Below, one piece after another: positions 1-10,742 of a stretch of 64,000 nucleotides of DNA (position 1 is its first letter; every line of letters begins with the position of its first letter). The DNA lies in contig CM000207.1 in assembly GCA_000002445.1 (NCBI GenBank), forward strand, positions 2,368,001-2,432,000, read 5' to 3'. The notes under the pieces are model-generated. The model was given only the letters and a program-made list of their open reading frames with translations. It did not search any database and was not told the DNA's origin. The translations under genes were made by a program, and so were the position numbers. The DNA is from Trypanosoma brucei (lineage: Eukaryota).

Positions 1-579
1 CACGCTGCTGAAGCTGCGGCTTTGGCTGCAAGTAACTTGGCTTTTGCCGCTGCAAATATTGCTGCGGTGCCGTGGTCACAACCAATCAGTGATTCCATGT
101 TGCATAAACTCGCACTATGCGACCACGTCGACGAGTATGTGCGAGAGGCAGCAAAAAAGTGCACAAAGAAAGCGAAGAACGTGACGGCACAATCTCTCAA
201 TGAGGTCCTCAAAGCGTTTGAGAAGCTGTTCAGTGAAGTAAATGCCTTGCAATCCTTACGGCATAATATTGCTGAGTTCCACAAAGACCTGAAATCGTTA
301 GAGGATCACGTTGAAGACATTGTCCGTGCACAAAAAAATGCGGAAGATGCAGCTGCAGAGACAAATAAAATAGCAGCGCCTGATCATGAGGTAGGAGGTA
401 ACAAAGAAGAAACACCAAGTCAACAGCCAGACACAAATCAAGATCAACAGGCAAATGAGAAACCTGAGGCAAATCAGACAGCCGGCACAAATACGGGACC
501 ACTTGGAAATTCCGTTGCTTCACCTGAAGGGTCAGTGCTGCTACTGATGGCTGGATTGTTTCTCGGTTCTGTACTGTAA
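1..579 (+). CDS. BARP: BARP-family alanine-rich GPI-anchored surface protein, 5'-truncated by the window edge. Has a long Q/N/E-rich C-terminal linker.
   Basis: Frame open from nt 1; 'AAEAAALAASNLAFAAANIAAVPW' matches the core of the other copies. Ends with the GPI signal 'SPEGSVLLLMAGLFLGSVL'. Confidence 0.7.
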   Translation, partial: HAAEAAALAASNLAFAAANIAAVPWSQPISDSMLHKLALCDHVDEYVREAAKKCTKKAKNVTAQSLNEVLKAFEKLFSEVNALQSLRHNIAEFHKDLKSLEDHVEDIVRAQKNAEDAAAETNKIAAPDHEVGGNKEETPSQQPDTNQDQQANEKPEANQTAGTNTGPLGNSVASPEGSVLLLMAGLFLGSVL

Positions 580-582
580 GAG

Positions 583-690
583 GTTGCAACTCCATGAATT
601 GTGATCCCAACCATTCCACTTGTCTCCACACAGTTATGTGCACATACAGGTGAGGCAACAAACATCCTTTGATATTAACCTTATTTTCTA
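583..690 (+). promoter_or_regulatory. Conserved ~100-nt post-stop (3'UTR) element, repeated after 13 of the 14 array genes
   Basis: 'gaggttgcaactccatgaattgtgatcccaaccattccacttgtctccacacagttatgtgcacatacaagtgaggcagcaaacatcctttcatattaacc' is present with >90% identity directly after each stop codon (e.g. 2373-2470, 4168-4265, 7948-8045). It is absent after the gene at 14382. Confidence 0.5.
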
Positions 691-900
691 TCAGTGGCTA
701 TTAATATTGTTATTTTATTTTGTTTCATTTATACTTTCACTTTTATTCTTTTTAACTTTACTTTACTTTTCCTTTACTGTGTTATCTTTCGAATATCTGT
801 TCCAACTTTTATCCTTCATTTTTATAACTGATTTTCTAGTGTGTTTATTGCCCTACTTTTAGTTGTATTTTTTCCTTTACCACCTTTGTTTTTTCATTAT
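690..900 (+). promoter_or_regulatory. Long polypyrimidine (T-rich) tract, likely coupling polyadenylation and trans-splicing. Representative copy; present in every array unit.
   Basis: ~200 nt of almost pure T/C ('ttattttctatcagtggctattaatattgttattttattttgtttcatttatactttcacttttattc...'). Pol-Y tracts define mRNA processing sites in trypanosomatids (established). Exact spliced-leader and poly(A) sites cannot be placed from sequence. Confidence 0.45.
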
Positions 901-1589
901 TTTATTCATGTAAAGCACTGAGGTGATTGCGTGTGAGCATGGCCACCTATGCGTTACCATTGTAAAACCGTTTTGCTAAAATCTATCATTCCTACGCATC
1001 CATAATGTCCTATTGTATGCGTAAAGCTAACTGATTCTGAGGGTTTTTATTTTATCATGAAGCAAAACTGTTACACTGTGGGTTTACCTTCACATATCTC
1101 TCTCCCATTACTCATTACACTTATTTTATGTTGTATTCTCTCCCTTTTTATTTCATATCTCTATATTTTATGTTACTGTCAGTATGTTGTATCGTAATAG
1201 TGTAGGATACCCTAAATGCTCAATACATGTGCTCTTACTGATTCGATCAGATATTGATATTATCATGTCTAATGAAATGACTATTGGAAGTTTGGGTGTG
1301 TGCTATTGCATTGCCTCTCTGCTTTGTAATTATGATATTTGATTTCCACTGTCACTTAGAATTGTATTTAGTAGGGAGTGGGGACAGTTCCATGCTGTGA
1401 TGTGTGCAGTGTGCTTAAATGATGAGCTGATTGACTGTAATGGTGTCACTACTCATATTGATACTATTGTTGTTGCTATTCTTTGCATTTCCCACTGTTG
1501 ATTCCATTAATCTCTCCTAATTCTCATGACAAGAATCCACTACAAGACAGCAGACACAAGTTTCGATACCATCCGAATAAATAACAATT

Positions 1590-2372
1590 ATGAGCATCAC
1601 TTTTCATAACTTATGGCTACTTTTAACAGTGTTATGCACCGCAGGTATTCGTGCTGACGCAAGTAAGGAGGAGTGTCCGGATAAGGGATCTTATCCGGCA
1701 GCCGAGGACGTACTTGTATTGTGTCGTGTGGCGGAACAACTTCGAGGGTTACCGGATACAGTGAGTTCTGCTCTTGTTAATGCCGCTACTGCTTCGAGTA
1801 AAGCATTTGAAGCAAAGGTACAAGCAGAGGAAGCTGTGGAACTTGCCGAGTCGAAAGGCCTAAACGTTACGAAAGCGAAGGAAGCTGCTGTGAGAGCAAC
1901 ACTCGCTGCTGAAGCTGCGGCTACGGCTGCAAGTAATGTGGAAATTAACGCTGCAAATATTGCTGCGGTGCCGTGGCTTGAACGAAGACAAAATGTGGGT
2001 TGGCAGAAGCTTGCGAAGTGTATAGACTTAGATATGGACATGCGGGAAGCAGCAAGGGTGTGTAGAAGGGCAGCAGACAACGTGACAGCCCAATCCCTCA
2101 CTGCGGCGCTGAAGGATTTGGAGAAGGTTTATACTGATGTGAGTACTAGAGAAGCCTTACGGAAGGAAACCGTTGAGTTCCATAAAGAGCTCGCGTCTTT
2201 AGAGGAGCATGTCGAAGAGGCTGTCCGTGCACAAAAACGGGCTGAGGATGCAGCTGCATATGCGAATCAAACAGTCGGTACAAATACGGGACCAGTTGTG
2301 AATTCCGTTGCATCACCTGAAGGGTCAGTGCTGCTACTGATAGCTGGACTGTTTCTCGGTTCTGTACTGTAA
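1590..2372 (+). CDS. BARP: BARP-family alanine-rich GPI-anchored surface protein (260 aa)
   Basis: Signal peptide MSITFHNLWLLLTVLCTAGIRA, Ala-rich invariant core 'SSKAFEAKVQAEEAVELAESKGLNVTKAKEAAVRATLAAEAAATAASNVEINAANIAAVPW', and a C-terminal hydrophobic GPI signal. Family assignment is from memory of BARP (~14-gene cluster, GPI-anchored, Ala-rich). Confidence 0.75.
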   Translation: MSITFHNLWLLLTVLCTAGIRADASKEECPDKGSYPAAEDVLVLCRVAEQLRGLPDTVSSALVNAATASSKAFEAKVQAEEAVELAESKGLNVTKAKEAAVRATLAAEAAATAASNVEINAANIAAVPWLERRQNVGWQKLAKCIDLDMDMREAARVCRRAADNVTAQSLTAALKDLEKVYTDVSTREALRKETVEFHKELASLEEHVEEAVRAQKRAEDAAAYANQTVGTNTGPVVNSVASPEGSVLLLIAGLFLGSVL

Positions 2373-3384
2373 GAGGTTGCAACTCTATAAATTGTGATGC
2401 CAACCATTCCTCTTGTCTCCACACAGTTATGTGCACATACAAGTGAGGCAGCAAACATTCTTTGATATTAACCTTATTTTCTATCAGTGGCTATTAATAT
2501 TGTTATTTTATTTTGTTTCATTTATACTTTCACTTTTATTCTTTTTACTTTACTTTACTTTTCCTTTTATTATTTTATCTTTCGAACAGTTGTTGTAACT
2601 TTTATCCTTCATTTTTATAACTGATTTTCTAGTGTGTTTATTGCCCTACTTTTTAGCTATATTTTTTTCCTTTATTACCTTTGTTTTTTCATTATTTTAT
2701 TCATGTAATGCACTGAGGTGATTGCGTGTAAGCATGGCCACCTATGTGTTACCATCGTAAGAGCGTGTTACTAAAATCTATCATTCCTACGCATCCATAA
2801 TGTCCTATTGTATGCGTAAAGCTAACTGATTCTGAGGGTTTTTATTTTATCATGAAGCAAAACTGTTACACTGTGAGTTTACCTTCACATATCTCTCTCC
2901 CATTACTCATTACACTTATTTTATGTTGTATTCTCTCCCTTTTTATTTCATATCTCTATATTTTATGTTACTGTCAGTATGTTGTATCGTAATAGTGTAG
3001 GATACCCTAAATGCTCAATACATGTGCTCTTACTGATTCCATCAGATATTGATATTATCGTGTCTAATGAAATGACTATTGGAAGTTTGGGTGTGTGCTA
3101 TTGCATTCCCTCTCTGCTTTGTAATTATGTTATTTGATTTCCACTGTCACTTAGAATTGTATTTAGTAGGGAGTGGGGACAGTTCCATGCTGTGATGTGT
3201 GCAGTGTGCTTAAATGATGAGCTGATTGACTGTAATGGTGTCACTACTCATATTGATACTATTGTTATTGCTATTCTTTGTATTTCCCACTGTTGATTCC
3301 AATAATCTCTCCTAATTCTCATGACAAGAATCCACTACAAGACAGCAGACACAAGTTTCGATACCATCCAAATAAATAACAATT

Positions 3385-4167
3385 ATGAGCATCACTTTTC
3401 ATAATTTATGGCTACTTTTGACAGTGTTATGCACCGCAGGTGTTCGTGCTCATCATGGCTGGACCAATTGCTACCCTGCGGGAAACAGTCCACCAGTAGA
3501 AGAGATTCGTGCGTCATGCGAAGTGGCTCACCAACTTCGAGGCCTATCACAAACAGTAACATCTGCTGTGGAAACTTCCGCTGCTGCTTCGAGTAAAGCA
3601 TTTGAAGCAAAGGTACAAGCAGAGGAAGCTGTGGAACTTGCCGAGTCAAAAGGCCTAAACGTTACGAAAGCGAAGGAAGCTGCTGTGAGAGCAACACTCG
3701 CTGCTGAAGCTGCGGCTACGGCTGCAAGTAATGTGGAAATTAACGCTGCAAATATTGCTGCGGTGCCGTGGCTTGAACGAAGACAAAATACAGGTTGGGA
3801 GGTGCTTACGAAATGCATTAACTTAGACGATGATATAAAAAAAATGGCATCAAAGTGTAAAAGTGCAGCAGAAGTTGTAACAGCCGAATCGATCAGTGCG
3901 GCGTTAAACGATTTGGGGAAGACATTTATAAATGAGAAGACTCGAGAAGCCTTACGGAAGGAAAGCGTTGAGTTCCATAAAGAGCTCGCGTCTTTAGAGG
4001 AACATGTCGAAGAGGCTGTCCGTGCACAAAAACGGGCTGAGGATGCAGCTGCAGATGCGAATCAAACAGCCGGTACAAATACGGGACCAGTTGTGAATTC
4101 CGTTGCATCACCTGAAGGGTCAGTGCTGCTACTGATGGCTGGACTGTTTCTCGGTTCTGTACTGTAA
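3385..4167 (+). CDS. BARP: BARP-family paralogue (260 aa)
   Basis: Same signal peptide, core and GPI tail. Divergent Cys-bracketed N-terminal patch 'HHGWTNCYPAGNSPPVEEIRASCEVAHQ'. Confidence 0.75.
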   Translation: MSITFHNLWLLLTVLCTAGVRAHHGWTNCYPAGNSPPVEEIRASCEVAHQLRGLSQTVTSAVETSAAASSKAFEAKVQAEEAVELAESKGLNVTKAKEAAVRATLAAEAAATAASNVEINAANIAAVPWLERRQNTGWEVLTKCINLDDDIKKMASKCKSAAEVVTAESISAALNDLGKTFINEKTREALRKESVEFHKELASLEEHVEEAVRAQKRAEDAAADANQTAGTNTGPVVNSVASPEGSVLLLMAGLFLGSVL

Positions 4168-5183
4168 GAGGTTGCAACTCTATAAATTGTGATGCCAACC
4201 ATTCCACTTGTCTCCACACAGTTATATGCACATACAAGTGAGGCAGCAAACATCCTTTCCTATTAACCTTATTTTCTATCAGTGGCTATTAATATTGTTA
4301 TTTTATTTTGTTTCATTTATACTTTCATTTTTATTATTCTTTTTACTTTACTTTACTTTTCCTTTTATTATTTTATCTTTCGAACAGTTGTTGTAACTTT
4401 TATCCTTCATTTTTATAGCTGTGCTACTAAAGTGTGTTTATAGTCCTTCTTTTTAGTTGTATTTTTTCCTTTATTACCTTTGTTTTTTCATTATTTTATT
4501 CATGTAATGCACTGAGGTGATTGCGTGTGAGCATGACCACCTATGCGTTACCATTGTAAAACCGTGTTACTAAAACGTATCATTTCTACGCATCCATAAT
4601 GTCCTATTGTATGCGTAAAGCTAACTGATTCTGAGGGTTTTTATTTTATCATGAAGCAAAACTGTTACACTGTGAGTTTACCTTCACATATCTCTCTCCC
4701 ATTACTCATTACACTTATTTTATGTTGTATTCTCTCCCTTTTTATTTCATATCTCTATATTTTATGTTACTGTCAGTATGTTGTGTCGTAATAGTGTAGA
4801 ATACTCTAAACGCTCAATACATGTGCTCTTACTGATTCCATCAGATATTGATATTATCGTGTCTAATGAAATGACTATTGGAAGTTTGGGTGTGTGCTAT
4901 TGCATTGCCTCTCTGCTTTGTAATTATGATATTTGATTTCCACTGTCACTTAGAATTGTATTTAGTAGGGAGTGGGGACAGTTCCATGCTGTGATGTGTG
5001 CAGTGTGCTTAAATGATGAGCTGATTGACTGTAATGGTGTCACTACTCATATTGATACTATTAATGTTGCTATTCCCTGTATTTCCTACTGTTGATTCCA
5101 TTAATCTCTCCTAATTCTCATGACAAGAATCCACTACAAGACAGCAGACACAAGTTTCGATACCATCCGAATAAATAACAATT

Positions 5184-6056
5184 ATGAGCATCACTTTTCA
5201 TAACTTATGGCTACTTTTGACAGTGTTATGCACTGCAGGTATTCGTGCGCACGGTGACTGGAGAGATTGCTATGCTGGTAGGAAACCCCCACCGGCAGGA
5301 CACGTACGTGTGGTGTGCAGTTTGGCGGAACAACTTCGAGGTTTACCGGATACAATAAGTTCTGCTCTTGTTACTGCCGCTGCTGCTTCGAGTAAGGCAT
5401 TTGAAGCAAAGGTACAAGCAGAGGAAGCTGTGGAACTTGCCGAGTCGAGAGGCCTAAACGTTACGAAAGCGAAGGAAGCTGCTGTGAGAGCAACACTTGC
5501 TGCTGAAGCTGCGGCTACAGCTGCAAGTAATGTGGAAATTGACGCTGCAAATGTCACTTCCTCCCGTCTGGCTCGTCGCAATCCTAACACAGGCTTTGAG
5601 AAAGTTGCTATGTGCGAAAACTTGGACAAGGATTTGCGGGAGGCGGCAGCAAAGTGCACAAAGAAAGCGGAGAACGTGACAACCCAATCACTCAGTGAGA
5701 CACTTCATAGGTTGGAGAATCTGTACACTAATATGAGTGCTCTTGAATCCTTACGGGTCGAACATGTTGAAATTGAACGCTTTTTTGAGATGCTCGAAGA
5801 ACACGTGGAGGAGGCTGTCCGTGCACAAAGACAAGCTGAGGAAGCAGCTGCCGAGGCAATTAAAATAGTAGCTGCTGATGAGGAGGTGAGAGGATACAAA
5901 AAGGAAGAAATTAATCAAGTAGCAGGGACAAAAAAAGGTCATGAGGCAAATCAAACAACCGGCACAAATACGGGACCAGTTGTGAATTCCGTTGCATCAC
6001 CTGAAGGGTCAGTGCTGCTACTGATGGCTGGACTGTTTCTCGGTTCTGTACTGTAA
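5184..6056 (+). CDS. BARP: BARP-family paralogue (290 aa) with C-terminal linker insertion
   Basis: Conserved signal, core and GPI tail. Extra block 'EAIKIVAADEEVRGYKKEEINQVAGTKKGHEANQTTGTNTGP' before the GPI signal. Confidence 0.75.
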   Translation: MSITFHNLWLLLTVLCTAGIRAHGDWRDCYAGRKPPPAGHVRVVCSLAEQLRGLPDTISSALVTAAAASSKAFEAKVQAEEAVELAESRGLNVTKAKEAAVRATLAAEAAATAASNVEIDAANVTSSRLARRNPNTGFEKVAMCENLDKDLREAAAKCTKKAENVTTQSLSETLHRLENLYTNMSALESLRVEHVEIERFFEMLEEHVEEAVRAQRQAEEAAAEAIKIVAADEEVRGYKKEEINQVAGTKKGHEANQTTGTNTGPVVNSVASPEGSVLLLMAGLFLGSVL

Positions 6057-7074
6057 GAGGTTGCAACTCTATAAATTGTGATGCCAACCATTCCACTTGT
6101 CTCCACACAGTTATATGCACATACAAGTGAGGCAGCAAACATCCTTTCCTATTAACCTTATTTTCTATCAGTGGCTATTAATATTGTTATTTTATTTTGT
6201 TTCATTTATACTTTCATTTTTATTATTCTTTTTACCTTACTTTACTTTTCCTTTTCCTTTATAATGTTATATTCCGAACATGTTCCAACTTTTATCCTTC
6301 ATTTTTATAACTGATTTTCTAGTGTATTTATTTTCTTATTTTTAGCTATATTTTTTTCCTTTATTATCTTTGTTTTTTCATTATTTTATTCATGTAATGC
6401 ACTGAGGTGATTGCGTGTGAGCATGGCCACCTATGCGTTACAACTGTAAAATTGTTTTACTGAAACGTATCATTCCTACGCATCCATAATGTCCTATTGT
6501 ATGCGTAAAGCTAACTGATTCTGAGGGTTTTTTATTTTATCATGAAGCAAAACTGTTACACTGTGGGTTTACCTTCACATATCTCTCTCCCATTACTCAT
6601 TACACTTATTTTATGTTGTATTCTCTCCCTTTTTATTTCATATCTCTATATTTTATGTTACTGTCAGTATGTTGTATCGTAATAGTGTAGGATACCCTAA
6701 ATGCTCAATACATGTGCTCTTACTGATTCCATCAGATATTGATATTATCGTGTCTAATGAAATGACTATTGGAAGTTTGGGTGTGTGCTATTGCATTGCC
6801 TCTCTGCTTTGTAATTATGTTATTTGATTTCCACTGTCACTTAGAATTGTATTTAGTAGGGAGTGGGGACAGTTCCATGCTGTGATGTGTGCAGTGTGCT
6901 TAAATGACGAGCTGATTGACTGTAATGGTGTCACTACTCATATTGATACTATTAATGTTGCTATTCCCTGTATTTCCCACTGTTGATTCCATTAATCTCT
7001 CCTAATTCTCATGACAAGAATCCACTACAAGACAGCAGACACAAGCTTCGATACCATCCAAATTAATAACAATT

Positions 7075-7947
7075 ATGAGCATCACTTTTAATAATTTATG
7101 GCTACTTTTGACAGTGTTATGCACCGCAGGTATTCGTGCTCATCATGTCTGGAATGATTGCTTTGCCGATGGAAGCTATCCACCACTAGAAGGTATACCC
7201 GCATTGTGTGGTGTGGCGGAACAACTTCGAGGTTTACCGGATACAATAAGTTCTGCTCTTGTTAATGTCGCTACTGCTTCGAGTAAAGCATTTGAAGCAA
7301 AGGTACAAGCAGAGGAAGCTGTGGAACTTGCCGAGTCGAAAGGCCTAAACGTTACGAAAGCGAAGGAAGCTGCTGTGAGAGCAACACTCGCTGCTGAAGC
7401 TGCGGCTACGGCTGCAAGTAATGTGGAAATTAACGCTGCAAATATTGCTGCGGTGCCGTGGTCACAAAGGAGACAGGATGCGGGGTTGCAAAAAGTTGCA
7501 CTATGCGACAATGTGGACAAGGATGTACGAGAGGCGGCAGCAAAGTGCACAAAGAAAGCGGAGAACGTGACAGCTGAATCTCTCCGTGCGGCACTAGAAG
7601 CGTTGGAGAATCTTGTTACTGATGTTAAATTCCAAGAAAATTTACGGAAGGAAGATGTCGAATTTCACACGGAGCTGAAATCATTAGAGGATCACGTGGA
7701 GGAGGCTGTCCGTGCACAAAGACAAGCTGAGGAAGCAGCTGCCGAGGCAATTAAAATAGTAGCTGCTGATGAGGAGGTGAGAGGATACAAAAAGGAAGAA
7801 ATTAATCAAGTAGCAGGGACAAAAAAAGGTCATGAGGCAAATCAAACAACCGGCACAAATACGGGACCAGTTGTGAATTCCGTTGCATCACCTGAAGGGT
7901 CAGTGCTGCTACTGATGGCTGGACTGTTTCTCGGTTCTGTACTGTAA
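7075..7947 (+). CDS. BARP: BARP-family paralogue (290 aa) with the same C-terminal linker insertion
   Basis: Same architecture. Linker identical to the gene at 5184. Confidence 0.75.
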   Translation: MSITFNNLWLLLTVLCTAGIRAHHVWNDCFADGSYPPLEGIPALCGVAEQLRGLPDTISSALVNVATASSKAFEAKVQAEEAVELAESKGLNVTKAKEAAVRATLAAEAAATAASNVEINAANIAAVPWSQRRQDAGLQKVALCDNVDKDVREAAAKCTKKAENVTAESLRAALEALENLVTDVKFQENLRKEDVEFHTELKSLEDHVEEAVRAQRQAEEAAAEAIKIVAADEEVRGYKKEEINQVAGTKKGHEANQTTGTNTGPVVNSVASPEGSVLLLMAGLFLGSVL

Positions 7948-8961
7948 GAGGTTGCAACTCCATGAATTGTGATCCCAACCATTCCACTTCTCTCCACACA
8001 GTTATGTGCACATACAAGTGAGGCAGCAAACATCCTTTCATATTAACCTTATTTTCTATCAGTGGCTATTAATATTGCTATTTTATTTTGTTTCATTTAT
8101 ACTTTCACTTTTATTATTCTTTTTAACCTTACTTTACTTTTCCTTTTATTATTTTATCTTTCGAACAGTTGTTGTAGCTTTTATCCTTCATTTTTATAAC
8201 TGATTTTCTAGTGTATTTATTTTCTTATTTTTAGCTATATTTTTTTCCTTTATTATCTTTGTTTTTTCATTATTTTATTCATGTAATGCGCTGAGGTGAT
8301 TGCGTGTGAGCATGGCCACCTATGCGTTACCATTGTAAAACCGTGTTACTAAAACGTATCATTCCTACGCATCCATAATGTCCTATTGTATGCGTAAAGC
8401 TAACTGATTCTGAGGGGTTTTATTTTATTATGAAGCAAAACTGTTACACTGTGAGTTTACCTTCACATATCTCTCTCCCATTACTCATTACACTTATTTT
8501 ATGTTGTATTCTCTCCCTTTTTATTTATATCTCTATATTTTATGTTACTGTCAGTATGTTGTATCGTAATAGTGTAGAATACCCTAAATGCTCAATACAT
8601 GTGCTCTTACTGATTCCATCAGATATTGATATTATCGTGTCTAATGAAATGACTATTGGAAGTTTGGATGTGTGCTATTGCATTGCCTCTCTGCTTTGTA
8701 ATTATGATATTTGATTTCCACTGTCACTTAGAATTGTATTTAGTAGGGAGCGGGGACAGTTCCATGCTGTGATGTGTGCAGTGTGCTTAAATGATGAACT
8801 GATTGACTGTAATGGTGTCACTACTCATATTGATACTATTAATGTTGCTATTCCCTGTATTTCCTACTGTTGATTCCATTAATCTCTCCTAATTCTCATG
8901 ACAAGAATCCACTACAAGACAGCAGACACAAGCTTCGATACCATCCAAATTAATAACAATT

Positions 8962-9729
8962 ATGAGCATCACTTTTCATAACTTATGGCTACTTTTAACA
9001 GTGTTATGCACCGCAGGTATTCGTGCTGACGCAAGTAAGGAGGAGTGTCCGGATAAGGGATCTTATCCGGCAGCCGAGGACGTACTTGTATTGTGTCGTG
9101 TGGCGGAACAACTTCGAGGGTTACCGGATACAGTGAGTTCTGCTCTTGTTAATGCCGCTACTGCTTCGAGTAAAGCATTTGAAGCAAAGGTACAAGCAGA
9201 GGAAGCTGTGGAACTTGCCGAGTCAAAAGGCCTAAACGTTACGAAAGCGAAGGAAGCTGCTGTGAGAGCAACACTCGCTGCTGAAGCTGCGGCTACGGCT
9301 GTGAGCTATGCGAATGCGCACGGCACGAAAGTTGGATCGATGACAGAAATACTTTGGGAGGCGGATGAAGAGTTGCGTGAACTTGTAGTGTGTAAGAGAA
9401 TGGATGAAGAAACAATAAAAGCTGCTGCAGAGTGTACGGGCACAGCGGAAGTTGTAACAGCCCAATCACTCAGTGAGGCACTAGAGGCATTGGCTAATCT
9501 ACACTATGGTGATGAAAACGTTGCTGAAACCCTACGACGGAAAGATGTTGTGTTCCACAAAGAGCTGAAATCACTCGAAGGTTACGTGGAGGAGGCTGTT
9601 CATGCACAAAAACAGGCTGAGGATGCAGCTGCAGATGCCAATCAAGTAGCTACTGGAAATTCCGTCGCATCGCCTGAAAAGTCAGTGCTGCTACTGATGG
9701 CTGGATTGTTTCTCAGTTCTGTACTGTAA
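8962..9729 (+). CDS. BARP: BARP-family paralogue (255 aa), 'AVSYANAHGTKVGS' subtype
   Basis: Conserved signal and core up to 'AAEAAATA', then a distinct C-terminal half ('VSYANAHGTKVGSMTEILWEADEELRELVVCKRMDEE'). The GPI tail has LFLSSVL instead of LFLGSVL. Confidence 0.75.
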   Translation: MSITFHNLWLLLTVLCTAGIRADASKEECPDKGSYPAAEDVLVLCRVAEQLRGLPDTVSSALVNAATASSKAFEAKVQAEEAVELAESKGLNVTKAKEAAVRATLAAEAAATAVSYANAHGTKVGSMTEILWEADEELRELVVCKRMDEETIKAAAECTGTAEVVTAQSLSEALEALANLHYGDENVAETLRRKDVVFHKELKSLEGYVEEAVHAQKQAEDAAADANQVATGNSVASPEKSVLLLMAGLFLSSVL

Positions 9730-10742
9730 GAGGTTGCAACTCTATAAATTGTGATGCCAACCATTCCACTTGTCTCCACACAGTTATGTGCACATACAAG
9801 TGGGGCAGCAAACATCCTTTCATATTAGTATTATTTTCTATCAGTGGCTATTAATATTGTTATTTTATTTTGTTTCCTTTCTACTTTCACTTTTATTATT
9901 CTTTTTAACCTTACTTTACTTTTCCTTTTATTATTTTATCTTTCGAACAGTTGTTGTAACTTTTATCCTTCATTTTTATAACTGATTTTCTAGTGTGTCT
10001 GTTGTCCTTCTTTTTAGTTGTATTTTTTCCTTTATTACCTTATTTTTCATTATTTTATTCATGTATTGCACTGAGGTGATTGCGTGTGAGCATGGCCACC
10101 TATGCGTTACAACTGTAAAATTGTTTTACTGAAACGTATCATTCCTACGCATCCATAATGTCCTATTGTATGCGTAAAGCTAACTGATTCTGAGGGTTTT
10201 TATTTTATCATGAAGCAAAAATGTTACACTGTGGGTTTACCTTCACATATCTCTCTCCCATTACTCATTACACTTATTTTATGTTGTATTCTCTCCCTTT
10301 TTATTTCATATCTCTATATTTTATGTTACTGTCAGTAGGTTGTATCGTAATAGTGTAGGATACCCTAAATGCTCAATACATGTGCTCTTACTGATTCCAT
10401 CAGATATTGATATTATCGTGTCTAATGAAATGACTATTGGAAGTTTGGGTGTGTGCTATTGCATTGCCTCTCTGCTTTGTAATTATGATATTTGATTTCC
10501 ACTGTCACTTAGAATTGTATTTAGTAGGGAGTGGGGACAGTTCCATGCTGTGATGTGTGCAGTGTGCTTAAATGATGAGCTGATTGACTGTAATGGTGTC
10601 ACTACTCATATTGATACTATTGTTGTTGCTATTCTTTGCATTTCCCACTGTTGATTCCATTAATCTCTCCTAATTCTCATGACAAGAATCCACTACAAGA
10701 CAGCAGACACAAGTTTCGATACCATCCGAATAAATAACAATT

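Noticed and set aside
8430-8714. Small + strand ORFs inside the BARP spacers (e.g. 'MKQNCYTVSLPSHISLPLLITLILCC...', 'MSPHSYVHIQVRQQTSF...') recurring in every unit
   Set aside because: They recur only because the whole spacer is repeated. They are AT-rich, hydrophobic low-complexity strings. They start inside the conserved 3'UTR and T-rich tract and are interrupted by indels in several copies, so they are non-coding.
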